The notes: generated from the letters alone by a model not told the origin. Positions 23,941-36,138 are shown, numbered from the stretch's first letter. The stretch: DNA of 64,000 bases from Chrysemys picta bellii (GCF_011386835.1 NC_088798.1:86490001-86554000); one strand, 5' to 3'. Numbers and translations: made by a program.

Positions 23941-24523
23941 ATAAACACATAACTGGAAGTGATTTATCCTGCAGGTTTTACACTGCCTTCTCTTACAACT
24001 TTTAGGAGTAAAGAAAGTACGTTTTCCTCCTTAATTAGTGTTACTGTCACTGGGAAGAAAATAAAACAAGGGGTGGGGAGTAATGGGCAAATCACTTCAC
24101 TTCTCTGCATAGCTGAGCCTATCATTAACATAACCAAGTCTTTATCCATAAAGGCCTATCTCTTTAAAATAAATAAATAAATAACACCCTCCCCGGCATC
24201 TACAACCACAGACGAATAAAAAATATATGTAGTGCCGGATTGCGATCACTCCTGTGGACTCACGGAGCAGATGAGTGTACAGGAACCACCATTGCCTTGC
24301 CCCCAGGAGATTGTGCTTCAGTAGATAGACTATCTCCTATAGCATTCCCCTAGGGTTGTGCAACTCTGCAGTTGTTTACGCCTCATCCACAAAAGTGTAT
24401 GCAATTTATATAATCCAGCCCTGAAAATGGATGCTTCAGAGTGGGAAGCATACCAAAAAATTCACTCCACTCTATATAGTGAAGGGATTCATAAGCAAAA
24501 TTTCCTTTGCACAACACAAGCCA

Positions 24524-24821
24524 GGCAACGTCTACACTATGGTGTGATTTCCCAGCTCGTGTACACATACTTGCGCTAGCTCTCAATAAGCTAGCGTGAG
24601 TATAAATAGCAGTGTAACCATGGTGACATGGGCAAAGGCAGCACAGCTTAGCCATTGCAGATACAAACCCACTTGAAATCAGCACATGTGCCACTGCTAC
24701 CCATGCTACCCTAGCTACAGTGCTATTTCTATTCACGCTACTCTCATCAAGCTAGCGCGAGTCTGTGTACCTGAGGTGGGACACTCACTCCTAGCTCACA
24801 GGAGTAGCCATAAACATAGCC
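24524..24821. mobile_element. Palindromic Harbinger-type MITE
   Basis: Starts ggcaacgtctacact and ends ...aaacatagcc. Inverted arms gcgctagct.t..at.agctagcgtgagtataaatagca.tgta / tacagtgctatttctattcacgcta..ctcatcaagctagcgc. Confidence 0.7.
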
Positions 24822-25380
24822 TATGGAAAGGTGTTTATTTTCTACTGAACTGCTAGGAACAGCAATGATACTTATCTAATGACTTGCATTCTCCTTGAGG
24901 TATATTGTCTATTCATAGTAATTATCTGTGACTTAGAATTTATCTTGAATTCTCTTTACTGCACTTGAACTGATTGCACACTCCCACGGTTAGAGTCAAA
25001 AGTGATATGACTGCATTCTTAATAACAGCTGCTGATACGTGTATACTTAAAAATATCACTTCTTCTGAAAGGTGTTTCTACTCACAGCAAGCAATATGAA
25101 TATCTGAACATCTGCAGAATAGCTATGATGAAAAAACTCTGATATTAGCTTTAACCAGAAAGGACATTGACAAAGACTTTTATGGTCATGAACAGATCAT
25201 ATTTTAATTTATTATTGTTTGTTATATGAATTACAATCTCACGTAGAGGCCGCAGGCAAATTTGGTACCTCATTGTGATGGTCTTCAGTCAAACACATAG
25301 TAAGAGACTTTACTGTCTAAACAGGAATGAAGCTGGGAAAAAGAAAGTTATCTAATTATTTACATCTCATGGACTAAGAT

Positions 25381-25498
25381 ACAGAGAGATTGATTTATCC
25401 AAGGTCACACTGGAAGCCTGAGGTAGAACCAGGAATCTAAGCCAGATTTCCTGCATCCTAGTCTAGCATCTTAACCACAGTGCCGTATCTCTTCTCAA
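25381..25498 (-). mobile_element. MIR-like SINE fragment
   Basis: ccaaggtcacac...gaaccagga...ccagatttcctg..tcctagtctagcatcttaaccac is the reverse complement of a MIR head/core. Confidence 0.65.
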
Positions 25499-26444
25499 GG
25501 GGCCTAGCCTCCCTGTTGTAGGTGCAAATTAGACCAATCTTTTTATACCTGCAATTGGATTGTGAGTGCAAATCTGCTATAGGTGTTAAAACCCAATCTG
25601 TGTATGTGCAAATTATGTGGTCAGATGTTCGAATGTTATGACTTGCCCATTAAATTCAATTTGTGGGTGCAAAAGTAAGGTTGAATAACAGAATCAATAG
25701 AATTTAAAATAAAAAGGTGAAAGTACGTGCTTCAAATGGAATATTTTAGAAGACCGTGATACATCTGAATGCTTGGCAGAAGTGCAGGCCTGCAAAGACC
25801 CTCCAGTCTTCCAAGATGCCTGTACAAATATACATTCACACACACACACACAGTTTGATTTGTGTACACTAATCAGGCAATTGAACAAAGGCTATTGTTA
25901 GCTCCAATGTATAGTAGTTAGAGGTGCATCAGTGGTCAAAAAAGCAAGCAACATTCAGTGGGTGAGTTATCAGAGTCTGGCTATATTGTTAATGTAATTC
26001 TTATTTCATTTTCACTATATACAGCAGTCCTTGAACAGAGGTAGTCACAAACAGCATGCAGGCAAACCCCTCATTCAGAAGGTTCATCACTTAATGCCAA
26101 TGCACCATATCAAAGAAGCCACAATGCATCAAAATTGACTCTAGTTAGTTTGTCAGAAAGAAAACAGTCTTGCTACTTGCAACAGCTCCCCAAAAGAAAC
26201 TTAATCACAAAACTAGCAATAATATATCATTTCATCTGAGTGAACAGTGCTAATGCTAAGAAATAGAAATTAAAAGACTGTAACAGTACTGTCTAGGACT
26301 TCTGCCATAACAATCTCACAATGCCATTATCTGAATTAGTTGTATGCTCTTGTGTGATATACTGTGTTCAGATCTGATCAGCTCATTAGAAAAAAGGTGG
26401 TTGCATAAACTGAGGGGGTTCAGAGATGGACAACAAAAATTATT

Positions 26445-26975
26445 GACATGGAAAGTCTCTTATATGGGGAGAGACGGGGACTGCTTACCATAGAAAGAAG
26501 ATATGATTAAAGTATGCAAAATAATGAGTGGTATAGAAAGGTAGATTGGAAATGTTCTTATGTGATGTGAAAAATTCATATACAAGAGACAAAGGTAGCA
26601 AATTTTAACACAAAGCAAAATTAGCATGTGGAATTCATTGCCACAAAATATCACGATGCCAAGAGGCACTGGATCCTCAGAAAGGATTGGTCATTTATGT
26701 GGATAACAAGAACTTTTAGAGTTACAACAGTTTAAAAAACAAAACCAAAAGTTTCAGAAGAATTACCAAATCCCCTGCATCGTGGCACAAGTCAACTTCT
26801 AACTAATGAGGGTTAGGAAGAAATTTTTTCTTGGTCAGGATATTCCATAATTGCCTCCCCTATGGTTTCTTCCACCTTTCTTTGAAGCAGATGGTACCTA
26901 GGAGTGCTGGCGACAGGATAGTGGACTAGATGGAATACTGGTCTGATCCAATATGGCAATTTCTATGTTCCTATG
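26445..26975 (+). mobile_element. CR1 LINE 3' fragment
   Basis: Degraded ORF2 end plus 3' UTR ending ggactagatgga..ggtctgatccaatatggcaatttctatgttcctatg. Confidence 0.8.
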
Positions 26976-28176
26976 AAATTGCTATTTGGGATTTGACCCT
27001 GTGTTCACTGAAGTGTATGGCAAAGCTACCATTAGCTTCAAGGTTGCAGGAAATGTTGCATACATAGCTATTTACCCACATACATATGCAGGGTTTTTTG
27101 TTTTCTCTCTGGCTTTAGGACTAAGAATTGCTATCTAAATCATGAGTGTAATAAGCACATCATTGGTTTTCCATTCCTTGTGCTTATTTATTAGTAGTAC
27201 CTGACATTATTTTAATAAGGCAGCTAAGTGAAAATGTATCCAAAAAGTATGTGTATGTATGAGTCTCATAATTATCTGCTCATGTTAACAAGCACAGCTG
27301 ACAATTTTTTATTTAGCGAAATGAGTGAAGCCCTTGAGCCCTGCCAACAGTGTTTTTCTGTTAATTAAAGTGCGACTTTCCCACCCGGCTTTTTGCTCCT
27401 AGTAGACAGCTGAGAGTCTTGCACATCTTTCAAGGAGGTAATGAGATGGAAATGTAAGACCAAAAGGTCTCAAGCAAGAACACATGTTTTTCATAAAGTC
27501 AATGGAAAGGTTAGGGTCCTAAATCACACAGGATGAGAAATGTTTTTGAATTAACTATCATAAATAAGCTTCCAAAACATTATTTGGTTGGCTTGATTTT
27601 TTTGGATGGAAGCCTTAGTTCTAAAATGCTGGGCTTCATCCTCCAGTATGATCAACCCACGTTATACCGCTCAAGGTGGCAGAAACAATCTCTGAGCAAT
27701 ATCCCAGTGAGGGGGGGTCTCCTCAGGTGACAGAGAGCCTTTATGTCAGCTCTATGCTAGCTCCCCTCCTAGTACAGGGGACATGTCAGGCGAGGGAAGG
27801 GACCTTTCAGGAGCATTCTGGAAGAAAAGAGAGAAAGCAGCTGAGACCCACCACACTTTACCTATTCTCAGCTGCCTGTTTCCTCTAAGGGTTGCTCTAT
27901 GGCAAGGGACAGGCTTTGAAAGTTGTGTGTGTAAAAATAGTGTGAATATTTGTAAATATGAATATATATAAAGAAGATGGGACAGTTTCCATAAAAGTCC
28001 CCTGTTTTCTAATTCCCGTAACTGCTCAAAACATTTACTTTGAGGGCTGAAATTTTCAATGCTTAGTTTCTGCTTTAAGGATAAGTTGTAATAATAAAGT
28101 AATGTGCCTTCGCACTTTTTTGGGAAGGAGGTTGGGTTATTAGCAGGGGTGGACGGTAGAGGAAGTAAAACTTTCT

Positions 28177-28422
28177 GGCTATGTCTCTACTGCCCTGCAG
28201 TTCAGACTACTGGGGTGTGAATAGCAGTGTACACCAAAGTGCTGTACTGTAACTCCCCTGTGTGGCCTGTTTGAAGAGGAAGATTATATTAATGTGAACA
28301 AGGAACCTTTTAGTTTGCACCTTCAGCATGCACATGAGGAAATTACAGAGCAGCATTTTGGGATGTGTGCACTGCTATTGACACCACTGTGCTCCAAACT
28401 GCAGGGGATTGTAAATGAGCCC
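28177..28422. mobile_element. Palindromic Harbinger-type MITE (same family as 5604-5836)
   Basis: ggctatgtct.tactgccctgcagttcagactac.ggggtgtgaatagc... with an inverted right arm gctatt.acacc..tgtgctccaaactgcaggg. Confidence 0.7.
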
Positions 28423-28955
28423 TCTGTCAATGGGAGCTCTGGGTTCTTAACTTTGAAAATGAGGCCACCTGTTTAGATGCCTAAATATGAATTTAGATGC
28501 CTAATGTTAAACACTTGAACTTCAAAATATTGTGCTATATTTATGCTGGTAGCATATAAAGATATACACCCATTGCAGAGCGTAATCACAGTAGTGACAC
28601 TAAGGGTATGTCTGCACTACGAAATTAGGTCGATTTTATAGAAGTTGAGCTTTAGAAAGCGATTTTATACAGTTGATCATGTGTGTCCCCACTAAGCGCA
28701 TTAGATTGGCAGAGTGCGTCCTCAATGCTGTGGCTAGCATCGACTCATGGAGTGGTGCACTGTGGGTAGCTATCCCACAGTCCCTGCTGCCCATTGGAAT
28801 TCTGGGTTAAGCTTCCAATGCCTGATGGGACAAAAACATTGTTGCGGGTGGTTTTGGGTACATGTCGTCAGTCTCCCCTCCCTCCCTCCTTGAAAGCAAT
28901 GGCAAACAATCATTTCGCACCTTTTTTCCTGGGTTACCCGTGCAGACGCCCAAGC

Positions 28956-30190
28956 ATGGAGCCCGCTCAGCTCACTGCTGCTGTTGTGAGCATTATAAAC
29001 ACCTTGCACATTATCCTGCAGTATGTGCAGAACCTGGCTGGGAGACACCAACACGAGGATGACTGTGAGGAGGACATGGACACAGACGTTCCCGAAAGCA
29101 CGGGATGTGGCAATTGGGACATCATGGTGGCAGTGGAACGCTGATTCTGGGCCCGGCAAACAAGCACAGACTGGTGGGACCACATAGCGTAGCAGGTATC
29201 TGATGATTCCCAGTGGCTGCGAAACTTTTGCATCCACTTTCATGGAACTGTGTGAGTTGCTTTCCCCCGCCCTGAAGTGCAGGAATACCAAGAGGACACC
29301 TGCCTGACAGTTGAGAAGCGAGTGGCGATAGCTCTGTGGAAGCTTGCAATGCCTGACTGCTGTCAGTCGGGAATCAATTTGGAGTGGTCAAATCTAATGT
29401 GGGGACTGCTGTGATCCAAGTAGCTAAGGCAATCAGTAACCTTCTGCTAGCAAGGGTAGTGACGCTGGGAAATATGCAGGTCATAGTGGATGGTTTTGCT
29501 GCAATGGGGTTCCCTAACTGTGGTCGGGCGATAGATGGAACACATATCCCTATCTTGGCACCAGACCACCTTGCCAACGAGTACATAAACCACAAGGGGT
29601 ACTTCTCAGTGGTGCTGCAAGCACTGGTGGATCACAAGGGACGTTTCACTGACGACATCATGGGATGGCTGGGAAAGATGCATGACGCTCAGATCTTTAG
29701 GAACTCCAAGCTGTTGGAACAGCTGCAAGAAGGGACTTACTTTCCAGACCAGAAAATTACCATTGGGGATGTTGAAATGCCAAAAGTTATCCTTGGGGAT
29801 CCAGCCTACCCCTTGCTCCCATGGCTCATGAAGCCATACACAGGCAGCCTCGACAGTAGTAAGGAGCAGTTCAACTATAGGCTGAGCAAGTGCAGAGTGG
29901 TGGTAGAATGTGCCTTTGGACCTTTAAAAGCTCGCTGGTGCTGTTTGCTGACTAGGTTAGACCTCAGCACAACCAATATTCCCATTGTTATTGCTGCTTG
30001 CTGTGTGCTCCATAATATCTGTGAGAGTAAGGGGGAGATGTTTATGGCAGAGTGGGAGGTTGAAGCAAATTACCTGGCGGCCAATTTTGAACAGCCAGAT
30101 GCCAGGGCGATTAGAAGACCACAGCTAGGCATGTTGCGCATCAGAGAGGCTTTGAAAACCAGTTTCATGACTGGCAAGGCTACGGTGTGG
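28956..30190 (+). pseudogene. Harbinger DDE transposase (HARBI1/DDE_Tnp_4-like), N-terminus disrupted
   Basis: ATG at 28956 (MEPAQL...). Stops at 29142 and 29190 and about 3 frameshifts before ~29363, then an open frame with IDGTH, HDAQIF, ILGDPAYPL and VVECAFG (catalytic D-D-E). Confidence 0.93.
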
Positions 30191-30405
30191 CAGTTGTGTG
30201 TGTTTCTCCTTGATGCAAAACCGTTCCCTTTGTTGAATTTACTTCCCTGTAAGCCAATTCACCTCCCCCCTTCGACCTATTGTTTTGAATCCATACATTC
30301 TTTATTTATTTAAAAAAAAAGTGAGATCACTGACAAGGTAGTCTGGGTGGGGTTGGGGAAGAGGGAAGGACAAGACCACATTGCTTATTGTAGCCACACT
30401 ACAAA

Positions 30406-32259
30406 TCAAAGTTGTTTGAATGACAGCCTTCTGTTGCTTAGGCCATCCTCTGGAGTGGAGTGGCTGGGTTCCCAGAGCCTCCATCCCCGTCCCCGCCCCT
30501 GCGTTCTTGGGCATCTGGGTGAGGAGGATATGGAACTTAGCGAGGAGGGCGGGCGGTTATACAATGGATGCAGCGGTGGTCTGTGTTCTTGTTGCCTTTC
30601 CTGCAACTCCACCAGATGCCTAACCATGTCCGTTTGCTCCCCCATTAGCCTCAGCATCTCCTCCTTCGTGTTCTGATCACACTCACTGAATGCTTTCCTG
30701 GCCTCTGCCACCGAATGCCTCCATGCATTCAGCTGTGCCCTATCAGTGTGGGAGGACTGCATGAGCTCAGAAAACATGTCATTGCGAGTGCATTTTTTTC
30801 GCCTTCTAATCTGCGATAACCTCAGGGACGGAGATGATACGGGGAGCATAGAAACATTTGCACCTGCAGGGGGGATAAAAAGGGAGAGTAAAATTTAAGA
30901 AGATACATTTCTGAGAACAAAAGGGAGATTCTTTCACTGTGAATAAAGCAATTCACAGCAGACAGCACATGTGCTTTAGGTACAAGGTCACATTTTGTCT
31001 TTTATATTGAGCGCCTGCCAGTATGGTGACACATCACACACGGCTGGGCAACAGAATTCTGTTTCCAGGCAGCCATGGTAAGCCAAAGGGTATGCGGGAT
31101 TGGCTTTTTCTGCCTTCATAACATGTGTGAATGGTTTGAAACTGCAGTGCCCTCTTTTCCCATAGCAAGCAATGCGATTTAAAAGGAGGGGGCTGCAGTG
31201 TTGGGTTGGATGTGCAGCACACCCATCGCCCCACCACGTTGCTATTCTCCGGGATGATCCCTTTTAGCCAAGCGCAAACAGCCCAGCATGAATGGGGTCC
31301 TTTTACTGTTCCCTTACAAAAATTCCCCTATTTCAACCAGGTGGACATGAATTATATCACTCTCCTGAGGCTGACACAGAAAGATAAAGACCGAATGTTG
31401 CATGAATACGACCAAAACCCAGGACCATTTGCTGCCATGCTTTCTGCTGCAATGATTCCAGACTATTTGCTACTGGCTTGGTGTGGTAAAGTGTCCTACT
31501 GTGAAGGATGAAATAAGCTGCCCTCCCCAGAAACCTTCTGCAAAGGCTTTCAGAGTACCTCCCAGAGAGCTTCATGGAGATGTCCCTGGAGGATTCCCGC
31601 TCCATCCCCAGACATGTTAACAGACTTTTCCAGTAGCTGTACTGGCTGTGAATGCATCTCAATTCTTCAGGGCAAATCAAACATTAAACACAATTGCTTT
31701 TAACCCCTGTAGTGTAGTTACAAATGTGCATGCACCAGAAGTGCCTTCTCCGCCTTCAGGGTCTGGGAAACTGCCTTGGGAGGGTATTGGCTCAAGGGTG
31801 ATGAAAGGTCCTGGCTGATGGAGAGAACAGATTCTCCGCTTGCCTGCTGTGCATTCTCCTCCTCCTCTTCCTCATTCACACAATCCTCCTCCATGTTGCG
31901 TGAGACTCCCCCCTTGCAGGTGTCCACAGACAGTGGTGGAGTACTGGTAGGGTCCCCCCCAGAATGGCATGCAGCTGGTCATAGAAGCGGCATGTATGGG
32001 GCTCTGACCCGGAGCGACCGTTTGCCTCCTTTGTCTTGTGGTAGGCTTGCCTGAGTTCCTTAACTTTCATGTGGCACTGATGTATGTCCCTGGTATAGCC
32101 TCTCTCCACCATGCCCTGTGCGATTTTGGCATATATATTAGCATTTCTTCTTTTTGATCGGAGTTCTGCCTGCACAGATTCTTCTCCCCATACAGCAATC
32201 AGATCCAGTGTCTCCTGTTCGCTCCATGCTGGAGCTCATTTGCAATTCTGGGACAGCAT
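30406..32259 (-). pseudogene. Harbinger Myb/SANT-like (trihelix) DNA-binding protein gene, two exons (32259-31736, 30863-30406)
   Basis: MLSQNCK*APAWSEQETLDLIAVWGEE...NANIYAKIAQGMVERGY.RD..QCHMKVKELRQAY...CRFYDQLHAILGG, then an acidic tract. A phase-1 GT..AG intron (31735-30864) joins EGTS-G-ANVSMLP in frame. One stop (32236-32238) and two frameshifts. Confidence 0.9.
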
Positions 32260-33876
32260 GGTCACCTGTGCTGCTGAGCTCGCCATGTTGACAAAACAGG
32301 AAATGAAATTCAAAATTTCCCAGGGCTCTTCCTGTGTACCTGGCTAGTGCATCAGAGTTGAAAGTGCTGTCCAGAGCGGTCACATTGGAACACTCTGGGA
32401 TAGCTCCTGTAGGCCAATACCGTCGAATTGCACGATGCTGTGCCTGCACTACCCCAAATTCGACCCAAGAAGGTTGATTTTAGTGCTACTCCCCTCGCTG
32501 GGGAGGAGTACAGCAGTCGATTTTAAGAGCCCTTTAGGTCGACAGAACGGGGTTGGTTGTGTAGCTGCATTACTTATAAAATCGACCTAACACAGCTAAA
32601 TTTGACCTAACCTCGTAATGTAGACCAGGGCTAAGAAACAGTTTTGTTTTTAAAGAATTACACAATTTTTATTATAATATAATTTATTATACAATATTAT
32701 CAGTGATGATTTTACAGTAAAAATTCACTCTTGAAATCTGTGCTCTTTGTAGAGGAATATTTTCCCCCAGCATTCTTGATTTAACTAAGTTCAGATATAA
32801 ATATATAGATAAATATTAAATTTAGCCTTTGCCTAAGAGAGAGATTAGTAATAACCATAACTAGATCCAAACAGTTTCCAGGTGTTGTGGAAGCTTCCCA
32901 GCATATCTGCCAATGCAAGTGTTTTGGCTCAGCTTGCAACATCTCTGCTATTTTAGTTTTACAGACTATATCTTCTGCATAACTACCCTGTCATAAGGAT
33001 AATTAATGTGAATATTCATCAGGCACATGAAGTATAGGAAACAGGTTTAGCTTAATTTTATTACTTAAGTGCACAAGCTCTCCTATTGACCTGATAGACT
33101 GTAATGGCTCCAATGAGTAACTAAAGTTTTAGTCAATAATCCATACACTATGGGTGCCTAATTGCATGCATTGACACAATAGATTAACCTGAGTTTCTCC
33201 ATATAATGTAAATTATATATTCCTAAATTAAACATTTTCACTGACTTTTAAAAATACTGGAATGAAAAAGGTTAGTAGAAGCCAAAGTAGAAAAGTATCC
33301 AAGAATGTTCATATAATAAGGTTATTGCTCTTTCTAAAACAAGGATAGTTAAAACGAAGTCTTCCACTTGATCTCTAAATTTTCCTGTGCAAGACCAAGA
33401 CACAACACAGCAAGTCAAATGTGGGCTCTGATTTATTTCAGATTTGTTCATTTAAATAAGATCTTTAACGTGACTTCAGCAGGCTTTTCTTTACCCTTAA
33501 TAGATGTGCTTTACATCATTATCTATTTAGAAAACTGGGATCTATAAGTGGCCTGTTTTTTTTTCTCATTATGTGGTGCATTGTATGAGCTAACCACAGC
33601 TTTTTGATGGTGTCTCTTTCTCTATCATCTTCTTAAGTTGTCTATCTCATGTTTAGAGCTATTGTTCTAAGCTGCTTAGAGCAGTAACAGGTAGAGATTG
33701 AAACAGTGGAGTGTGAGGACTGCGGGCAGAAGATGATGCTGACAGAAAGCCCAGAAGTAATGTTGTAAGTACTGCTGGAGCCAAACCGTTTTCATTGAGC
33801 AGATAATATGCATTTTTAGCAACTGTGTGAGTAAATATGTATTGACAGGCACCCACAGATTTCTTCTATGCTTCCC

Positions 33877-35055
33877 TGTGACATTGCACTCCATATGGAA
33901 TTCCATATTTATGGAAATATGCTTATGAGTGTGAATATGATGTAACTGGAATATGCTTTATGCAAAAGGACTCTTGTAAGGTATCATAACAAAGGTTATA
34001 ACCTACTGAATATATTCCTCCTATTTGTATGTATGTATCATTCTTGTATCTGAAGCTAGAAATATGAAGTATAATTCTGAGGTCCTATTGTAATTATGCA
34101 AAGTGTGGCCATTAATAGTGGCTTAGAATCTTGATGGCTCCCGTTGATTAGGACAATTGGTTGTGAATGGGTTTATTTACCTCCAAGCCTTCCTGTGTAT
34201 GTGTGCCAGTCCGTGGGTAATGAAGAATGAGGTCTCACAGGACATGTGGCCATGTCAAATGATACTGGAATCCATCTTAAAACTGGTACTTTTCCATTTA
34301 GAAGGAGGGGTGGGGACCCAGAGAGACAAAAGATTCCTGCCCTGTGCCAAAGCTATAAAAGGGGGTGGAACAGAACAAAGAGAAGCTTCAGTCATGAGAG
34401 AGCCCCTGTTTTCGACCTATGATGTCTACTGGAACTAACAAGGCCTGTACCAGGGGAAAGGATTGGGCCCAGACTAGGAAGGAGTCTAGTCTGTGAAAGA
34501 AGCTTATTGGAACATCTCTGAGGGTGAGATATTATCTGCAAGCTTAATGTATTAGGCTTAGAATTGTGTGTTTTTTGCTTTATTTTGCTTGGTGACTTAC
34601 TTTGTTCTGTCTGTTATTACTTGAAATGACTTAAATCCTACTCTTTATACTTAATAAAATCACTTTTGTTTATTAATTAACCCAGAGTAAGTGATTAATA
34701 CCTGGGGGAGCAAACAGCTGTGCATATCTCTCTATCAGTGTTATAGAGAGTGGACAATTTATGAGTTTACCCTGTATAAGCTTTTTACAGAGTAAAACGG
34801 TTTCGGGTTTAGATCCCATTGCGATCTGGGTGTCTGGGTGCTGGAGATAGATTACCTGCTGAGCAGTTTTTGGTTAAAAACTGCAGCTTTGGGGGTGTGG
34901 ACCAGACCTGGGTCTGTGTTGCAGCAGGCTAACATGTCTGGTTCAACAAGGCACAGTTCTGGAAATCCAAAGCTGGCAGGGAAAACGGGCTCAGAGGTAA
35001 CTTCAGCATGTCAGGTGACAGTCCCAAAGGGGTTTCTGTGACCGAACCTGTCACA
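33877..35055 (+). mobile_element. Solo LTR, 1179 bp
   Basis: TGTGAC...GTCACA termini, 5-bp TSD TTCCC (33872-33876, 35056-35060), TATAAAA at 34354, AATAAA at 34653. Confidence 0.92.
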
Positions 35056-35462
35056 TTCCCCAAGAAAATTTTATCTTTAAACCATAAAATGGATTAATCA
35101 AATAATACTGAAGATGTGAGGCTGGATTTAGTGGCATGATACATCTGGTGTAAATTTGTCCATAAAAGCAGTATAGACAGCCCCAAAGGTTCACCCCAGT
35201 GAAAGGGTGATCCTTTACTCCTACTACCAGCACAAGGATGCCTATACCACTTCCTATCCCAGCTGCCAGAATATCAGGGAAAATTAGAAATGGCCAGGAT
35301 CCACACACACTGGTACTCAACTTTATTTTCAGCTCTATGAGCCTATTTGCAGACAGCATAAGTTAGTTAGGACACCTTTGGTGCACTCTGACTCAGTGCA
35401 AAGGGACCAGATATTTTAAGACTGGTTAAATTGTCCCTCTTCAATTGATCTGAGGTGCTCAT

Positions 35463-36138
35463 CAGTGTTCCCTCTAATTTTTCTCACACATGTGGAGAAT
35501 GAATTTTGTTATGTGCACCAATATGGAGGTGATGTGTCACACATCACCTCCATATTGGTGCACATAATAAAATTCATGTGGCGGGGATGGGGCTGAGAGT
35601 TTTGGAGTGTGGGAGGGTGAGGGCTCCAGCTGGGGGTGTGGGCTCAGGGGTGGGACTAGGGATGAGGGGCTCAGGGCTGGGGCAGAGGGTTGGGGTGCAG
35701 GGGGTGAGGGCTCTGGGTGAGGGTGCAGGCTCTGGGGTGGGGTCAGGGATGAAGGATTTGGGGTACAGGCTGCCCTGGACTACGGTGGGGAGAGAGAGGA
35801 TTCCCCCCAGCTCTCTCTCCCAACAGCAGCACCTGAGCTGGGGGAGGAGAGGCACCTCTCTCCACCGTGGCAGGTCTGGGGCTGGGGCCACAGGATAGGC
35901 ACCTCTCCCCTGGCCACACCAGGTCCGGGACAGGGCTGGGTTTGCACCATGGGAGAGGCATCTCTCCCCCGGACACGGCAGGTCCAGGCGAGGGGAGGGA
36001 CACCTCTCCCCCGGCCACGGCAGGTCCAGGGCTGGGATGGGGCTGGCGGGGAGAGGCATCTCTCCCCACTGCGGCCCTGAGCGCCTGTGCAGCGCTTAAT
36101 AGGCTGCTTCACAGACACACAGCTCAGAGGGAGCTTAG
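35463..36138. mobile_element. Non-autonomous hAT-like element, 676 bp, with internal hairpin and G-rich minisatellite
   Basis: Left end CAGTGTTCCCTCT, degenerate right end AGAGGGAGCTTAG, 8-bp TSD GTGCTCAT (35455-35462, 36139-36146). Confidence 0.88.

Larger units (their letters stand above)
28604..32631 (+). mobile_element. Full-length PIF/Harbinger DNA transposon (4028 bp), two convergent genes
   Basis: TAA TSD on both sides (28601-28603, 32632-32634). Ends GGGTATGTCTGCACTACG / CGTAATGTAGACCAGGGC. Contains a DDE transposase (+) and a Myb/SANT gene (-). Confidence 0.96.

Noticed and set aside
28770-29595. Antisense ORFs (173 aa and others) over the transposase 5' region
   Set aside because: Shadow frames of the decayed transposase; no independent homology evident.
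30864-31735. ORFs of 67-107 aa inside the Harbinger element
   Set aside because: They lie within the inferred intron of the Myb gene and show no protein motifs.
35800-36075. Repeat-spacer-like pattern considered as a CRISPR-like array
   Set aside because: Units are degenerate tandem copies without unique spacers, the context is eukaryotic, and no cas genes are present.
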